Shown: positions 62,644 through 64,000 of the stretch, piece by piece
Layout: each line of letters begins with the position of its first letter
Position numbering within the stretch: position 1 is the stretch's first letter
NCBI RefSeq assembly: GCF_018350175.1
Contig: NC_058368.1
Span: forward strand, 61,816,001-61,880,000
DNA: 64,000 nucleotides
Direction of reading: 5' to 3'
DNA from: Felis catus
Taxonomy: Eukaryota
Notes under the pieces: model-generated
The model's input: only the letters and a program-made list of their open reading frames with translations
Told to the model about the DNA's origin: nothing
Database searches by the model: none
Made by a program: the position numbers and the translations under genes

Positions 62644-64000
62644 CTGGACAAAAGAACGAAAGTAAAAACGATACTAAAACCATAAATCCCATGGGAAGAC
62701 ATGGAATCCCCACAACTGTACCTTCCCAACCTCACTCAGAGACTAAATAAGCCATCATTTATTATTTTTATTTTCTAATAAATAAAATCAGGATATCGGA
62801 AATTAGACTGTATGTTAAATGAATGTTGAGGTTCTATCAAGATGCTACTTTCAGCAAATAAAAAATCAACTCAAAAAAAGATCAGCTGATCACAGCGATT
62901 GGTTAAATTCCATATCTATATACCATAAAATAGGAGAAAGTACTGAATGTATGTATACAATGTATGTATGTCAGTTGTTCAAAAAGTATCTTATCAGTAG
63001 TATTACTCAGTTTTTGAGCACTTCTATGAACTATCTTGTACACATTTATGTTTACTGTATTAAAGAAATAGAAGTAATGCTACATATTGGAAATCCAAAC
63101 TGAACCCAGGGAAAGTCATTCACCTTGGATCTTAATCTCATCTAAACCTATTTAGTATGTGGTTTGGGACAGGTCCCAATATTTCTAGACCTCTTTTTCT
63201 TATAAAGTAAAAGAGATTATTAAAATCACTTTAGTACTTAAGAAGATAATTGATATTTGGAATAAGAACTATTCATGAGGTTAAGTTATTCATAAGGATA
63301 AGTGGAAAGACAATTTCTTGAAACTGTAAAGTTGTACACACTTGGAAAGAAACTATCTGACATTTTTTCCCCCTTCAGATTCATAGAATATGCTTTCTTG
63401 GCTGCCTTATCTAACTATTATGGATCTTCTTACTAGTACGTAGACAATTTCTTCAATGTGGAAAATTATATTGCAACAGAATTATAAGTTGCAGAATGAA
63501 ATTAACATTGAAATTTAACTTACAGTTTACTTAAGGAACATTTTCTATAGCAACTGCCAGTATATTGAAGCACATTTCTGGTGCTGTTCTAATGTTAACT
63601 ACCTTAAATCACTAGGATCTGCTGATTGAGATGTACATGAAATCTTTGATCTGGATCAGGAGACTTATCTCATTTAAAACGCTGTAACTTATTATTTTCA
63701 GTATCTACCCCTAGACTTCTGTGTTCCATGTCTTGGACTGTGAGTGTGTTACAGCTCAACGATTGGAGGTTTTAGTTGGAGATCTAAGTGACTACACTAC
63801 ACTAAGTATATGAGCTATGGGAGCAGAGAAAGTGGAGGATGCACTCAGCAAATGTTTTGGAAATACTGTCAGATGAGGTTATATCAGAGCCTCAGGTAGT
63901 TCACCAGGGGATCAGGGCCACGAATGTCATTCTAGGCTGAGGAGAGTTAAGTGCAAATCCTCAGATACATAAACATGGAGTGTTCAGAGAACTACAAAGA

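Overview
This is AT-rich mammalian nuclear DNA from a felid, probably domestic cat or a close Felis relative. The assignment rests on about 24 tRNA-derived Can-SINEs (SINEC), including three young feline-type copies, and on carnivore-type L1 3' ends. I find no credible protein-coding gene, RNA gene or CRISPR array; the listed ORFs are by-products of SINEs, L1, ERV-L or low-complexity sequence. The window is layered transposon debris: L1 (young, old and HAL1-like), ERV1 solo LTRs, MaLR/ERV-L elements, Tigger and hAT DNA transposons, MIR/L2 and microsatellites. The most notable structures are: (1) a SINE/L1/inverted-SINE-tail chimera at ~8.8-9.1 kb; (2) a hairpin-based micro-duplication patchwork at an L1 target site at ~14.8 kb; (3) an L1 with a twin-priming 5' inversion at 23.5-25.4 kb; (4) an ancient ERV-L provirus whose gag is internally inverted between two short palindromes at 58.1-60.8 kb; (5) a well-formed, apparently non-coding minus-strand exon candidate at 62530-62643. 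Repeat family names come from my recollection of consensus sequences, not from a database search. Boundaries of old elements are approximate. I found no evidence of a new biological system.
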